Shown: in pieces, positions 37,561-48,722 of the stretch
How positions within the stretch are numbered: the stretch's first letter is position 1
Layout: each line of letters starts with the position of its first letter
NCBI GenBank assembly: GCA_963422735.1
Contig: OY730476.1
Span: 2,912,001 to 2,976,000, forward strand
Source: Candidatus Latescibacterota bacterium
GTDB lineage: Bacteria > Latescibacterota > UBA2968 > UBA8231
DNA: 64,000 bases
Direction: 5' to 3'
Notes under the pieces: model-generated
Databases searched by the model: none
What the model was told of the DNA's origin: nothing
The model's input: the letters and a program-made list of their open reading frames with translations, nothing else
Program-made: the position numbers and the translations under genes

Positions 37561-39243
37561 TTATAAGGCAGGTTCGGATGCGAGATTCTCAGGGTATATT
37601 TCAATATGCTCTGCGTACTTTCCCCGCAGTTGGCTCAGAAAAGCCTCAAAACGCTCCTCAATACGCTGGCCATTCGCCGATCGCACCATTTTTTCCACGG
37701 CCTGCTGAACCTCAAGATGGGCAAAAGGTAGCAGTCGGGAAGGGCGTTGCTCCAACGTGCGAAACACGATGTATCCCGGCCAGATTTTTTCTCGCGGCTG
37801 GAAATGTACTAGGAAAGGTCCGCCGACCTTTCCTACCGGCGTTTTGCGGACGGCCGCCAGCACTTCCGATATGGTGTGCGGGGAGTGGGCGTGTTGTGTG
37901 TCTTCCTCTCGGTGGATGTGATAAATGTTATAGTGGAACCAAGCGTCGTGAAAGCGTGGATAAGCCTGAGCTAAGGTCCACATGTCGGCCCCTTGGCTCA
38001 CTTTTTCGGCGACGTCGAGTGCATCTGATTCGTGGTGGAGCAGTATGGCTTCATAGATGAGCAGATCGGGATCGGTAAACCAAGCTAGATGCTCCTCGTA
38101 ATAAGCCCGCATAGCAGCCTCGTTGACAATCGGCGCTTCTGCCTCTAGGCGGCGCAACTCTTCGATCATTAGCACCACTCGGCGGTTTTCCAGATAGTGC
38201 TTTATCTCGTCGTCGTCGGCCAGCCCGGCCTGCTGAGCGGCTAGCGGCAGAAGCACTGAATCGACTGCTGTGCGTCTAGCATAACGAGCGATACTCGCGG
38301 TATCTACGGTTACGGGACGCCGCTGGGGTGAGGTTGTTACGAGCCACTTCAGGTACTGCTCAAGCCTGACCTGTCCCCCTTCGTAGAGCATTAGCTGCTC
38401 GGCTGATTGCTCATCCCCGCCAAACTCGGGCAGACCGTGAGAGGCCGTTTTCCCTAGCTTTACTAGCTGTAACGAGGTTTCTTCAACTAGCTGTAAATTG
38501 AACTGCTTTCTGATGTTAGTGCGAAACTCCACCGTTCGCACGGCAAGGCGATCTGCGTAGAGCCGGTCTTTGATCCTCTTTTTTACGGACTCATAGGGCA
38601 GCAGACGCTCGTCCTCCACGCGCACGATGTGGAAGTAGCCCTCTCTGCCTTGGAAGGGTGCAGACAGCTCGCCCGGCTGCATGGAGAAGAGCACCTTGCT
38701 GACGGGGCCGACCATCAATGACTCGTCCCAGTAGCCGAGGTCCCCTCCTTTATCAGCAGTCTGTCGGTCCATGGAAAAGCGACGGGCTAGCTCGGCGAAA
38801 TCTCCACCGTCTAGAAGTGCTTGGTAGAGTGTTTGCGCTTCTGCCGCTGTTTTCACCATGATATGCCGCCCCCGCACCTCGCGCTTAGTGCCCAAGTCGC
38901 TGTCCTCGTAATAGTTTCTGATCTCTTCGTCAGAGACTGTTATACTACTTGTAACCTCTTTTTCGATAAGGCGTTCTACGGCTCGTTGTCGGCGCACATG
39001 CTCCAAGCCGGCCAAGACCCGTGCGCTTTTTTCCAGTTCCCTGTCCTTAGCTTCCAAAAACAGCAATTCGCGATTGATAAGCGTCTCTAGGACATCTTGC
39101 TTTGATTTTTTTTGTTCCTGCGGTAGCTTGTCCCAGACCCGCTCTACCTGCTCGGGCGTGACGGCGCGATCGGCGATCCGCGCTGCTACAGAATGATTCT
39201 CCGCGCATCCCAAGAGGATGCCGTACAAAAGGACTATTATCAC
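37561..39243 (-). CDS. Parvulin-type peptidyl-prolyl isomerase lipoprotein (PrsA/SurA-like)
   Basis: LLGC lipobox; RHIMVK...FAELARRFSMD...GGDLG...FHIV. Confidence 0.85.
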   Translation of the reverse strand: MIIVLLYGILLGCAENHSVAARIADRAVTPEQVERVWDKLPQEQKKSKQDVLETLINRELLFLEAKDRELEKSARVLAGLEHVRRQRAVERLIEKEVTSSITVSDEEIRNYYEDSDLGTKREVRGRHIMVKTAAEAQTLYQALLDGGDFAELARRFSMDRQTADKGGDLGYWDESLMVGPVSKVLFSMQPGELSAPFQGREGYFHIVRVEDERLLPYESVKKRIKDRLYADRLAVRTVEFRTNIRKQFNLQLVEETSLQLVKLGKTASHGLPEFGGDEQSAEQLMLYEGGQVRLEQYLKWLVTTSPQRRPVTVDTASIARYARRTAVDSVLLPLAAQQAGLADDDEIKHYLENRRVVLMIEELRRLEAEAPIVNEAAMRAYYEEHLAWFTDPDLLIYEAILLHHESDALDVAEKVSQGADMWTLAQAYPRFHDAWFHYNIYHIHREEDTQHAHSPHTISEVLAAVRKTPVGKVGGPFLVHFQPREKIWPGYIVFRTLEQRPSRLLPFAHLEVQQAVEKMVRSANGQRIEERFEAFLSQLRGKYAEHIEIYPENLASEPAL

Positions 39244-39430
39244 TATAGCTTCTCCATAGTTCAGGAGGGTGAGGACGAGGTAGAAGTTCTTAGAAGCTAT
39301 CTGAAATTCCGGCGGCTGCCCCTTGTGTGCAAAAAAAGGCCTAGGGTCAAGAGCGGCTCGCCCTATGAAAAACGCTCAATACGAAGGCTGCTTGACGAGC
39401 TTGGGGCGGCTCGACAGGGGTTTGTCACGC

Positions 39431-39979
39431 CTAAGGGCGCGGTAAAGCAGACAGCTTTTTAGTAAGGGGACGGACTTCGGCAAGGGCGCGGATGTGCTCG
39501 GTCGTATCAGTGGGGTCGAGATGTACTACGACGCCAAGGCCATTAGGGTTGGGCACGGCTTGGTGGGCGATGCTGTGACCGCGAACGGAGACGCGTTCGA
39601 CATAGGCGATAGCATCGATGTTCAAGTCGGGGAAGGTACAGGTGAGATAGCGGAGACCCCGGGGGTAGGGGTGGCTGAGGTACCAGAAGCCTCTGGCTTG
39701 GCGGTTGATGTGGGGTGGGGAGACGGCTGCCCATTCGGCACTGTAATCGAGAATGGGGAGGAGGGTGATATCGGCGGCGGTGAGTTGGGCGAATTTTGCG
39801 GCGAGGTCGCCGTGGTACAGGGCGTTGCTCAGGTCGGGTGGAGCCTCGGCAGCAGGCTGGATGCGGCTCCAGCCGAGACCTATCTCGCGCATGACGTCGA
39901 GATAGCTGGGCCAAGCGTGGACCGCGCCGGGGAATTCACTGACGAGGGGACGGGTGCGCTGATCTTGGGTAGTGGGCAT
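39431..39979 (-). pseudogene. Fragmentary glycoside-hydrolase-like remnant
   Basis: Discontinuous segments such as MREIGLGWSR and LLPILDYSAEWA in an otherwise implausible ORF. Confidence 0.3.
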
Positions 39980-40949
39980 GAGAAGTTTGCGATCTATTGC
40001 ACAGGTTCGAGTTCGAGGAGAACCAGCAGCCCTAAGTACACGACATTGATCTAAGAGGCAGTGCAGCCGCGAGTTAGGTTTATTCGTAATCGCCCAAACC
40101 CTACATACAGGAACTGCACCATGTTTATACATATGCTACAAAAAGCCCTCACGCACCACCCTATCGATCGGATCAGTCGCTTGGTGTGTGCGTTTTTCCA
40201 AATTCGTTGAGTCCGTATGAAAAACTAGCCTGTAGCCTGTCGGGCGTAGCCCAAATGGATAGGCCGGATCGACGCCTACCGCGTTTTTTCAGCAGCGCGG
40301 TCTCGCCGGCCGTGTTTACCCTGCGAGGGGATCGGGGCCACCACCGCTGTTGGTCCTCGATCGTTGGCATTGGAAGCGGGGCCGAACCGATCTGAATCGG
40401 TTGTGTTTAGGCCGGATCGACCCAGGCGTGGCGATGCCCTTGGAATATTCATCGTTGCCAAAGCGAGACCATTCCAACACCGAGGAACGCTTCACCTCGC
40501 CTTTAGGCGGGACAGACCCCTCCCGATCAAGGCGTTGGCCTCTCTCGATCCCGGCGCATGCGGCTTAGTAGCCAATCAAGCATTCATCGGCCGAGACGGG
40601 GGGGCCTTTCTGCTGGAGCAACCCATGGACTTTGTAACTGGCCTACGAGGCCACACCACCCTTGCCCTCGCCGATGGCCGAGCCTTCACCCCGCGCAGCC
40701 TCGGGTCTGTCCTAGCCCAGCCGAGGGCGAGGCCCTCCTGCTAATCACCAACCCAACCAACCGCAAGCAGGGACTCAATCTGTATGGCCAGCGCAGGTCG
40801 TTGAAACGGCGGTTGGGGTTTTCAAGGCCAAAGGACTCCATCTGACCACCCCCAACGCTTGCACCTGATGCGGCCACCGCGGGTCGGCGAGCACCTCCAT
40901 CACAGCAATCCCTTCCAACGCAAAAAACATCGACGACCAGCCATAAGCC

Positions 40950-41285
40950 TCTGTCGCCGAGGACTGGACCCACTCACGCAGAGCATACACCAAGCACGAC
41001 AGCAACTGAAACACGCCCAGCGATAGAGCCCACGGCGAGGCGGGTATCCAAGCGCGGCAGGCTCCAGGGGCTCCGGCCAAGTTGAGTCCCCAGCAGAAGC
41101 CGCGCTTGGAACAAGCCCTGTGTGCGGGGCCCCAAGCCTACGGATTTCCCACGGACTGGTGGACCGGTCGGCGCGTGACGGCCTTGATACAGACGCTGTT
41201 TGAGGTGGGCTATCATGTCGATCCCATCAGTCGGTTGCTGCATGCGTTAGGGTGGACACCCGTTAGCCAACTTCACCCCCTATGA
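40950..41285 (+). mobile_element. IS630-family transposase N-terminal (winged-HTH) remnant
   Basis: KLSPQQK.RLEQAL.AGPQAYGF.TD.WTGRRV..LI...F.V.YH...ISRLLH.LGW. Confidence 0.75.
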
Positions 41286-41850
41286 TGTGGACGCCTTGAC
41301 CGACACCACACGCCATCACACCCGATCGGTACTGCGTAAACAACGGCTGCTCCAAGCTTTTATGGCCAACACGCCCCTACCAATACGATTAAATAGGACA
41401 TAAACCGGAATAACAACTTATGGGCTTGACATTCCGATCTCGAATGATGGTAAGGCAATCGCCAAAGTACATCTTGTTGCCACTCATGCGAAGCCCCCCC
41501 CGAGGAAGGCGTCGAAAGCGTTGTGATTGCGAACACTGGTGTCAGATAGATATCTAATCCGGATAGCTTCCGGTACTCCTCGTCATCCGGCAGTTGTGGT
41601 TGTTCTTTCGCTTCACCCATGTTCAAAAAGTCCGCTGTGGTCGACGACCAAAACGACAGCACCGGTCGCTTGCACTGGTGCCGACTAGCACCGAACCGAT
41701 CGTCCTGATTGGATCGGGAATTTCTTCAACGACTTATAACTCTTGGGGGTATCAAGGGGAGCGATTGAATTTGAATACACTACCAATAGACCCGGACCAA
41801 ATGAGCGGGGTGCCCTACTTATCGTCCCCGATGCGGCCCCTTCATTGAGG

Positions 41851-44226
41851 CTACTCCCCGACTATGGCGTAGTTGGCCTCGCCTTCGACAATGCGCAAGA
41901 GGCGGTTGGCAGGCACTCCTTCCCAAATTTGGCCTTTGCCGCTAGGCCAGCGAACCTCTAATCGCTCCACTTGGTTAGCCTGACCCAATCCCAAGTGCAG
42001 AGCCAGCGCGTTGCTCGAACCAAAACCGTAGCCGCTGGCCACTTGGCCATGGACTTGTCGAGCACCGCAATAAACTACGGCCCGCGCCCCAATGGCGTCG
42101 CGATTACTAGCTGTACCCACCAATTTCAGCCCCAGATAATTGCCGATAGGTCCGTCGTTGCGGTAGAGACTATTGGGCCAGACGTCGGCATCGTAGTGCC
42201 CGCCCAAGCCTGCGTATAGGTCCAGATCGCCATCGGCGTCAAAATCGGCAAAGGTGGCACCGTGCCCCTTGCCCAAATTGCCGACCCTAGCGGCGGACGT
42301 CACTTCGACAAAACGACCGTCACCCTGATTGAGAAAGAGGGCATTTGGCTCGAGCCGGTACATCTCGGGCCCACCGTTAGCCAAGTAGATGTCCGGAAAA
42401 CCGTTGTTGTCTACGTCGCCTAGGCCAATACCCATCGAGCCGAACGAGCGGCCCAAACCCGCCGGGACCGTGATATCCGTGAACGTCCCGTCGCCGTTAT
42501 TAAGGTATAGAAAGGGTCGGTTAGGCTCGATTGCGCGGCCTTCTACCCAGCTATTGAGCACATCCTCGAAAGCACTCATAGTCGAGACGAAAAGGTCGAG
42601 TTCGCCGTCGTTATTAAAATCAAAAAAAAAGGTTACGTAGCCGCCTTCTATGGGGAAAATTACCCCAGCCGGATCTGCTCTGTCCACAAAAGAGCCATCT
42701 GTCCCATTGTGGTAGAGCCGATTGGGCGTACCAATATTTACGGCATAGAGATCCAAATATCCATCTCCATCGTAATCGCCAAAGGCCGTGCCGATGGTCT
42801 TGCTCGAATCCGCTGTTCCCGATGATTGGCCAATATCTTCAAACGTCCCATCTTGCTGGTTGTACCACAAATTATTACGTCCACCATCTCCAATGACCCC
42901 ATTGGCTACATAGAGGTCCAAATACCCGTCTAGATCTACATCGCCCCAAGCGGCAGTAAAGCTGGCCTGGGCCTCGTCTATGCCCGCTCTTTGAGCCACA
43001 TCTACAAAGCGGTCGTCCTCATTGCGATAGAGGGAATTGATTGCTGCGCCTTCCCAAGCGTCTCGGGTCACAAAAAGATCGGCGTCCCCATCGTTATCAA
43101 AATCGGCGGTCGTCCCCCCCCAACCACCTCGCGAATCGTCCAAACCCCAAAGAGGGGCCACATCCTCAAACCGACCCTGCCCTTCGTTGCGGTAGAGGGC
43201 GTGGATACTCTGGATACCGACACTAAAAAGATCTAGATCGCCATCGCCGTCGAAGTCGAGCCAAGCGCTACCCCGACCCCGGTCGCGTTTATCGACGCCG
43301 GCTTGGAACCCAATATCGACGAAGACCAATGCTGGGTTGGCCGACATCTGAACAAAGGGATTGAAGCGGTAGCGCTCGGGCAAGTCCACCGGATAACCGC
43401 CCTGCCGCTCCCAGGCCACTCTGAGCAGCCACAGACTTTTGAGACGTTCGGGATAGTGGTCCAGATTTTGGTCTACTGCCTGCCGTAGCAACGGGATAAC
43501 GTCCCTATGGTCGTCCCAAAACGCGGCTGTGCCTGCCAGCAATGCAACATAACCGTCATCGGAGTAGACTTTGAGCAGAGAGCCAGCTACTTCGACAGCC
43601 TCATTAAATTCGCCTAGTCGTAGTTGAGATTCGAGCAACATCAAGCCCGCGTCTCGATGAGTAGGCACTTGGAGCAGGATCTGGCGACTCAGATCGCAGG
43701 CCTTGCCCAAATCCATAGTAGAAGCCGCTTTCAAAGCTAATTCAGCCAAGAGCAGACGGGCATCCAGGGACTGAGGGTGCTCGCTCAAAACCTGGGCGGC
43801 CACGGCTCGGGCTTCCAAAGCCCTGCCATCAAAGGCCATGAGCCGAGCTTGGAGGATTCGCGCCTCGGGCCGCCAACGTAAATCGGACGGAAGCTGTAGA
43901 AGGGTCAGACGGATGGGATCGGCTTGGCTCAGATCGCGGCTTTCACTTGGGCTACACAGCTCCCACAGGATGTTCTGAGCCCGATTCTTGCGCCCCTGCT
44001 TGAGGCTGATTTCGCTCAAACGAACTAGCGCCATGGTGCTGTCGGGTGCCAGTTCCAATACTTTCTGGAAACGTTCGCCGGCTCGGTCAAGGCGGTCAGA
44101 GTAGAAGTAGCGCAGCCCTTCCTCGTAGAGCTGGTCGCTCTCTGGCTTGGACACTTTGGACTCGGAACAGCTTAAAAATGAAAAAAAAACGAGGACGCCA
44201 ATGCGATCAATAAGTCGATTTGACAT
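41851..44226 (-). CDS. Lipoprotein with TPR, FG-GAP repeats and ASPIC/UnbV domain (CRTAC1-like)
   Basis: FLSC lipobox; seven DxDxDG.xD blades; SNRDAIGAR...LHLGLG...VRWPSG. Confidence 0.9.
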   Translation of the reverse strand: MSNRLIDRIGVLVFFSFLSCSESKVSKPESDQLYEEGLRYFYSDRLDRAGERFQKVLELAPDSTMALVRLSEISLKQGRKNRAQNILWELCSPSESRDLSQADPIRLTLLQLPSDLRWRPEARILQARLMAFDGRALEARAVAAQVLSEHPQSLDARLLLAELALKAASTMDLGKACDLSRQILLQVPTHRDAGLMLLESQLRLGEFNEAVEVAGSLLKVYSDDGYVALLAGTAAFWDDHRDVIPLLRQAVDQNLDHYPERLKSLWLLRVAWERQGGYPVDLPERYRFNPFVQMSANPALVFVDIGFQAGVDKRDRGRGSAWLDFDGDGDLDLFSVGIQSIHALYRNEGQGRFEDVAPLWGLDDSRGGWGGTTADFDNDGDADLFVTRDAWEGAAINSLYRNEDDRFVDVAQRAGIDEAQASFTAAWGDVDLDGYLDLYVANGVIGDGGRNNLWYNQQDGTFEDIGQSSGTADSSKTIGTAFGDYDGDGYLDLYAVNIGTPNRLYHNGTDGSFVDRADPAGVIFPIEGGYVTFFFDFNNDGELDLFVSTMSAFEDVLNSWVEGRAIEPNRPFLYLNNGDGTFTDITVPAGLGRSFGSMGIGLGDVDNNGFPDIYLANGGPEMYRLEPNALFLNQGDGRFVEVTSAARVGNLGKGHGATFADFDADGDLDLYAGLGGHYDADVWPNSLYRNDGPIGNYLGLKLVGTASNRDAIGARAVVYCGARQVHGQVASGYGFGSSNALALHLGLGQANQVERLEVRWPSGKGQIWEGVPANRLLRIVEGEANYAIVGE

Positions 44227-44257
44227 AGTGTAGCAAGTGATGCGGAGTCTATCTTTG

Positions 44258-45661
44258 TCAGAAAGATGCTTCCAACCAAGCCAGTTTGGTCTCGGCTTGG
44301 GGATAGTCGGGTTCCAGTTCTAGGACCTTCTTGAATAAAGTTTTGGCCTCCCCGTAATTTTTGAGTTGCACTTGGGTTAGGGCCAGAGCATAGTGGGCAT
44401 CAACATAGATGGGAAGATGTGTGTGGGCCCACTCTAGGGTCCGGCGCAGCGCGACATCGGCTTTCTGGTAGTTTTTGCTCAATAACAAGGAGCGGCCTAG
44501 GCCAAAGACGGCATGCACCGAAGTAGAGTCGAGAGCAATAGCCTCTTCAAAAGATTCCTGGGCCGCAGCAAAATCCCTCTCGAGGAGACGGGTTTCCCCC
44601 AATAGCGAATGAGCTTCCACATGTTCGGGCTCTAAGCCGAGGATCCGTTCCAAGAGGAGACGAGCACTTTGCGGGTCATTTACTTGTAAATGAACAATAC
44701 ACAAGCTGAGGTACGCGTCAACAAAAGAAGAATCGATTTCTATAGCTTGGGAGAAAGAGGTAATTGCCTGCTCTAGTTTACCTTTGAGCAGGTCAATTTG
44801 TCCCTGGTCATAGTGGCGCTTGGCCATGCTCAGACGCTGGTAAATTCGTAGCGCTTTGGCCGCTTCGTCGGCTCTTTCCATCCGGTTGAGGACTTGGTGA
44901 TGCAAATAGTGGGCTTGGGCGTGACGCGGCTCCCGAGCGATGGCTTGTTCTAGGGCAGACACGGCTTCTCGATGTCTCCCCGCTTGGGTTTGCAAGGTGG
45001 CCAAGGCGACGAGGGCGGCTACATGCTGAGGTGCCAGCACCAACAGTTTTTTGTATCCAGCCTCGGCTTCGGCGGGTCTATCACTGCGCCCGAGCAATTC
45101 GCTGCGGTGGTAGAGAGCATCTACGAAATCAGGCTCCAAGTCCAGGGCTGCTTCAAAGGCGGCAATGGCCCCGTCGAAATCTGCCGTAGCTCTCAGAGAT
45201 TTACCGAGTTGATAGCGATAGAACGCCTTTTCTGGTTCCAGCTCAATTGCGCGCTTATAATGGAGTATCGCCTCGGGGTAGCGGTGGTCGGCACTAAGAG
45301 CATCCCCCAAGACAAAGCGAAAAGAGCCATTGAGCGAATCGAGTTCCACAGCCCATTGGAGGGGGGGAATAGCCAGCCCGTACTCACCTAGGTGAACGTG
45401 GGCTAGCCCCCAGTTAAAGTGGACTGAGGGGAGTTTGGGGACCCGTTTTACAGCTTGGTGCAGAACGGTCAGAGCTTTGCGCGGCTGGCCCTTTTTTATA
45501 AAGAAAGCCCCTCGGTTCACCAATCGTACACCTTCTGGATCCTGCGCTGGTGGGCGTACCTTTTCGGGAGGAGTATGGGTATCAGTGCTGCAAGCATACA
45601 GGAGTAGGACACTCCAAAAGGTGCAGCAGCGGTGAATAGACATCGCGGATTCAATGTGCAT
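44258..45661 (-). CDS. TPR-repeat lipoprotein
   Basis: LLYAC lipobox; about ten TPR units (e.g. AIELEP, ALDLEP, AIEID). Confidence 0.85.
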   Translation of the reverse strand: MHIESAMSIHRCCTFWSVLLLYACSTDTHTPPEKVRPPAQDPEGVRLVNRGAFFIKKGQPRKALTVLHQAVKRVPKLPSVHFNWGLAHVHLGEYGLAIPPLQWAVELDSLNGSFRFVLGDALSADHRYPEAILHYKRAIELEPEKAFYRYQLGKSLRATADFDGAIAAFEAALDLEPDFVDALYHRSELLGRSDRPAEAEAGYKKLLVLAPQHVAALVALATLQTQAGRHREAVSALEQAIAREPRHAQAHYLHHQVLNRMERADEAAKALRIYQRLSMAKRHYDQGQIDLLKGKLEQAITSFSQAIEIDSSFVDAYLSLCIVHLQVNDPQSARLLLERILGLEPEHVEAHSLLGETRLLERDFAAAQESFEEAIALDSTSVHAVFGLGRSLLLSKNYQKADVALRRTLEWAHTHLPIYVDAHYALALTQVQLKNYGEAKTLFKKVLELEPDYPQAETKLAWLEASF

Positions 45662-45797
45662 ATGGCTCGGAGTTCCCTACCTGATGGCCACCCGTATTCC
45701 CGCTGATAGAAGACCTGTCTGCCGCTACTGCTGTCGAACAGACCAGTTGGGGGCATATCAAGGCCGGTTTCGACCGCTAAGGGTTTCGGTTTAGCCG

Positions 45798-47807
45798 TTG
45801 CAAAGTCTCCTGGGATTGCGTCTATCCTACCTAACTGCCATACGCGACGCCCCCTATTTCCACACTCTTGTCATAGACGCCTTCGAATACGATCACTTGG
45901 CCACCCAAATCCTGCAGGGAAACTGGCTCTTCGACCCGGCAGTGGACACGTACGTACATGGTCCCCTCTACCCCTACCTACTCGCCCTGCTCAAAGGAAT
46001 CGGCTTCGACCATTTGGGCATTCTCCTGTTCCAAGCCGTGATAGGCGCGCTTATCTGCGTCCTGCTCCACCGCGTAGCCAGCTACCTTTTTCCCCATCCC
46101 ATCCCTTTGGTCGCCGGTTTGCTGGCGGCCGGGTACTGGCCCTTCGTCTTTTACAACGGCCAACTCCTGGCCACTACATTGGTCATTCTCGTCGAATTGG
46201 GCTTGGCGGTCCTCCTTCTGCACTATGCGCCCAATCTGACCTACGGCAGCGCAGTCGGTGCCGGAATTCTGCTGGGCCTGCTGGTCATGGGACGCAACAA
46301 CACCCTGCTGCTACTGCCCTTGCTCTTGGGGTGGGTATACCAAAGCGCCAGTGGCCTTCCCAAGCACCGGGGTACCTTGGTCCTAGCTTTTTCCCTGACC
46401 TTCTTCCTCATTCTTTGCCCTTTTTTTTTGCGCAACTATCTGGTCCAAAGCACACCCATACCCTTCCAAGGCGGCTTCAGCTTCTATTTAGGCACCAATC
46501 CCGAAGCCGACGGCACCCCTTACGCACGCCAAGGATCTCATTTTCAACGTCTCGAACTCATGCCTCTCCAACGAGGATTTGACACTCCAGCGGCAAAAGG
46601 AGCCTTTTACACCACTGAAGGCCTGCGATTTATTTACCGCGATCCTCTGGCCTATCTCCATCTGCTCTATCGCAAATTTCGGCTTTTCTGGAATGCTTTT
46701 GAAATCCCAGTAAGTGCGGACCTGCGCTACTACGAGACCCACTTTCCGCTTTATCGGCTTTTTTTGCTCAACTTTGGCCTAGTAGTGCCTTTTGCCTTAG
46801 TAGGCATATTGTGGCATTGGCGATGGACCTCCGCCTATATCCTGCCGCTCCTCTTCGTTCTAGCCTACCTATCCACCGGGCTCTTATTCTCTGTGTGCGC
46901 TCGCTACCGTTTGCCCGCCCTGCCCTTTTTACTAATCTTTGCCGCTGCTGGAATTTGGCACCTGAAAGAACTGCTGAACGCCCGAGCCGCTCCACGCCTT
47001 GGCGCTTTTCTGCTGCTGCTGGTAGCTGCCTTCGCCCTAGTGCATACTGGGGTCGAGTCCCGGCAGGTGGACCATTTGCGCTCTCCTTGGCTGCTGGGCC
47101 ATACTCAATTACACAACAAACAATACGACCAAGCCGTACAGACCTATACGCAGGGCCTAGAGCAATTTCCCAACGACTCCGACCTCTACAACAGCTTGGG
47201 CGTGGCCTACCAGTATCTAGGCAAATTTGACGAAGCCGAAGAGGCCTTCCTGCGAGCAGTAGAGCTAGTCCCAGATCACGCCAAACCCTGGCTTAATTTG
47301 GGCAAACTCTACCTTAGTCAACGACGTTTGGAGCAAGCGCGGTACGCCTTAGAGCAAAGCCTAAAACACGATCCCCGACCAGCCAATGCCCACCCGGCGT
47401 ATCACAATCTGGGTTATGTCTTCTTGTTCCAAAAAGACTTTCAACAATCCCGCCAAGCCTTTGAACGGGCACTGCATAACAGAGAGAGTGCCCAGACCTA
47501 TTACAGTCTCTCCCACGTCTTTTCCAATCTAAATCTGGCAGATGAACAAATCTACGCCCTCAAACAAGCCGTCCGGATCGAGCCCAACTTTGTCCCTGCT
47601 CATCGGAACTTGGGCGTACTCTATATGCAACAGGGATCCTACGAGGCCGCGGAAAGGTCCCTACTCCAGGTCATCAAATACGATTCCCAATCGATCACAG
47701 CCCATCGCAATTTGGGTATCCTCTACGAGAGAATGGGGCGAACGGAACATGCCCGCCTAGCTCGTGCCCGAGCAGATCAACTGCAGCACTCAGGTGCTAC
47801 CTATTAA
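45798..47807 (+). CDS. GT-C membrane glycosyltransferase (ArnT/PMT-like) with C-terminal TPRs; start uncertain
   Basis: DAFEYDHLA, GPLYPYLLA, PFFLRNY, FYLGTNPEADG and RYRLP motifs; many TM helices then TPRs. Confidence 0.82.
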   Translation: MQSLLGLRLSYLTAIRDAPYFHTLVIDAFEYDHLATQILQGNWLFDPAVDTYVHGPLYPYLLALLKGIGFDHLGILLFQAVIGALICVLLHRVASYLFPHPIPLVAGLLAAGYWPFVFYNGQLLATTLVILVELGLAVLLLHYAPNLTYGSAVGAGILLGLLVMGRNNTLLLLPLLLGWVYQSASGLPKHRGTLVLAFSLTFFLILCPFFLRNYLVQSTPIPFQGGFSFYLGTNPEADGTPYARQGSHFQRLELMPLQRGFDTPAAKGAFYTTEGLRFIYRDPLAYLHLLYRKFRLFWNAFEIPVSADLRYYETHFPLYRLFLLNFGLVVPFALVGILWHWRWTSAYILPLLFVLAYLSTGLLFSVCARYRLPALPFLLIFAAAGIWHLKELLNARAAPRLGAFLLLLVAAFALVHTGVESRQVDHLRSPWLLGHTQLHNKQYDQAVQTYTQGLEQFPNDSDLYNSLGVAYQYLGKFDEAEEAFLRAVELVPDHAKPWLNLGKLYLSQRRLEQARYALEQSLKHDPRPANAHPAYHNLGYVFLFQKDFQQSRQAFERALHNRESAQTYYSLSHVFSNLNLADEQIYALKQAVRIEPNFVPAHRNLGVLYMQQGSYEAAERSLLQVIKYDSQSITAHRNLGILYERMGRTEHARLARARADQLQHSGATY

Positions 47808-47890
47808 CTTGGCTTGGTAGGCATCGAGTTGTCGCCGTCGATCTGCGACAGAGGCGCGAGGGGCGAAACACCTACGAAAACTAAGGGGTT

Positions 47891-48640
47891 TCAAAAGCGG
47901 ATGGTAAAACGGGTCGGGTCGTCTGGAGGGCTTTCGAGGGAAAAGGCAAAATCGTGCCGGCTCAAAATCTCCTGGACCAATGTCAGGCCGAGGCCGCGCT
48001 GGTTTTCCTTGGTGCTGAAAACCTGTTCGTCATTATCCAACTCCAGTACAACAATCGGCTCAGCCGACGAATCATCGAACGACAGACGGGCGGGCAAGGG
48101 GTTCATGAATTTCCAGCCCGGCAACCGATTGGATATCGGGCAGTCCTTCCGTCAACTCCGCACCGATCGGAAACCGTATCAGCATAGGCTGGAAGAGATC
48201 CTCTACGGAATCCTCGCGCACGGATTCCATGGTCTCTGTGATACTCTCTGCGCCAGCCAGTCCATAACTGAACGCGGTGGCGACGAGAGCGATTATAGTG
48301 ATTGCAGATTTGATCGATTTCATGGCATCCTCCTCTGGGATGTGTGGGGTGCGTTTGGGTTTGGTTCGGACTTCAGACAGCCACATTCCGACTCATTTGT
48401 GGTGAAGCACCTCGACCGGCCGTATCCGGCAGGCCAGCCGCGCTGCGTTCAAGTCCAGTTCGACGATAGGCTGCCCCTGCTGCAACATGGCTCTTAGCTT
48501 TTGCAGGATGCGTACCAGCCGCGTATTAATGGGGCTAAAGATGATCTGCTCGAACTGGGGTGCCACCGTGCCCGAAGCAGTAATCGTCTCTCCCACCGCT
48601 CCCCCCTGTACCTGCGCGGTGCGAATGCGGACAGTTGGGA
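47891..48640 (-). pseudogene. Mosaic of remnants: histidine-kinase HATPase C-terminus, secreted-protein N-terminus, RND adaptor N-terminus
   Basis: FSTKENQRGLGLTLVQEIL..H.F.F.LE (47891-48020); MKSIKSAITIIALVA (from 48323); IRTAQV..G.V.ETITASGTV.P (48393-48640). Confidence 0.6.
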
Positions 48641-48651
48641 TAAAAAAAGAA

Positions 48652-48677
48652 AGGGCGTCCACAAGGGACGCCCCTAC
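48652..48677 (-). repeat. GTAG-family REP element
   Basis: Minus strand GTAG-GGGCGTCC-CTTGT-GGACGCCC-T: GTAG tag followed by a perfect hairpin. Confidence 0.7.
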
Positions 48678-48722
48678 GGACGCGATAGAAAACGAAATCG
48701 GTGCGGAAATCCCGGGGGTACC

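Noticed and set aside
39980-41850. Short ORFs around the IS630 remnant
   Set aside because: No recognisable motifs or consistent coding signal; treated as degraded DNA
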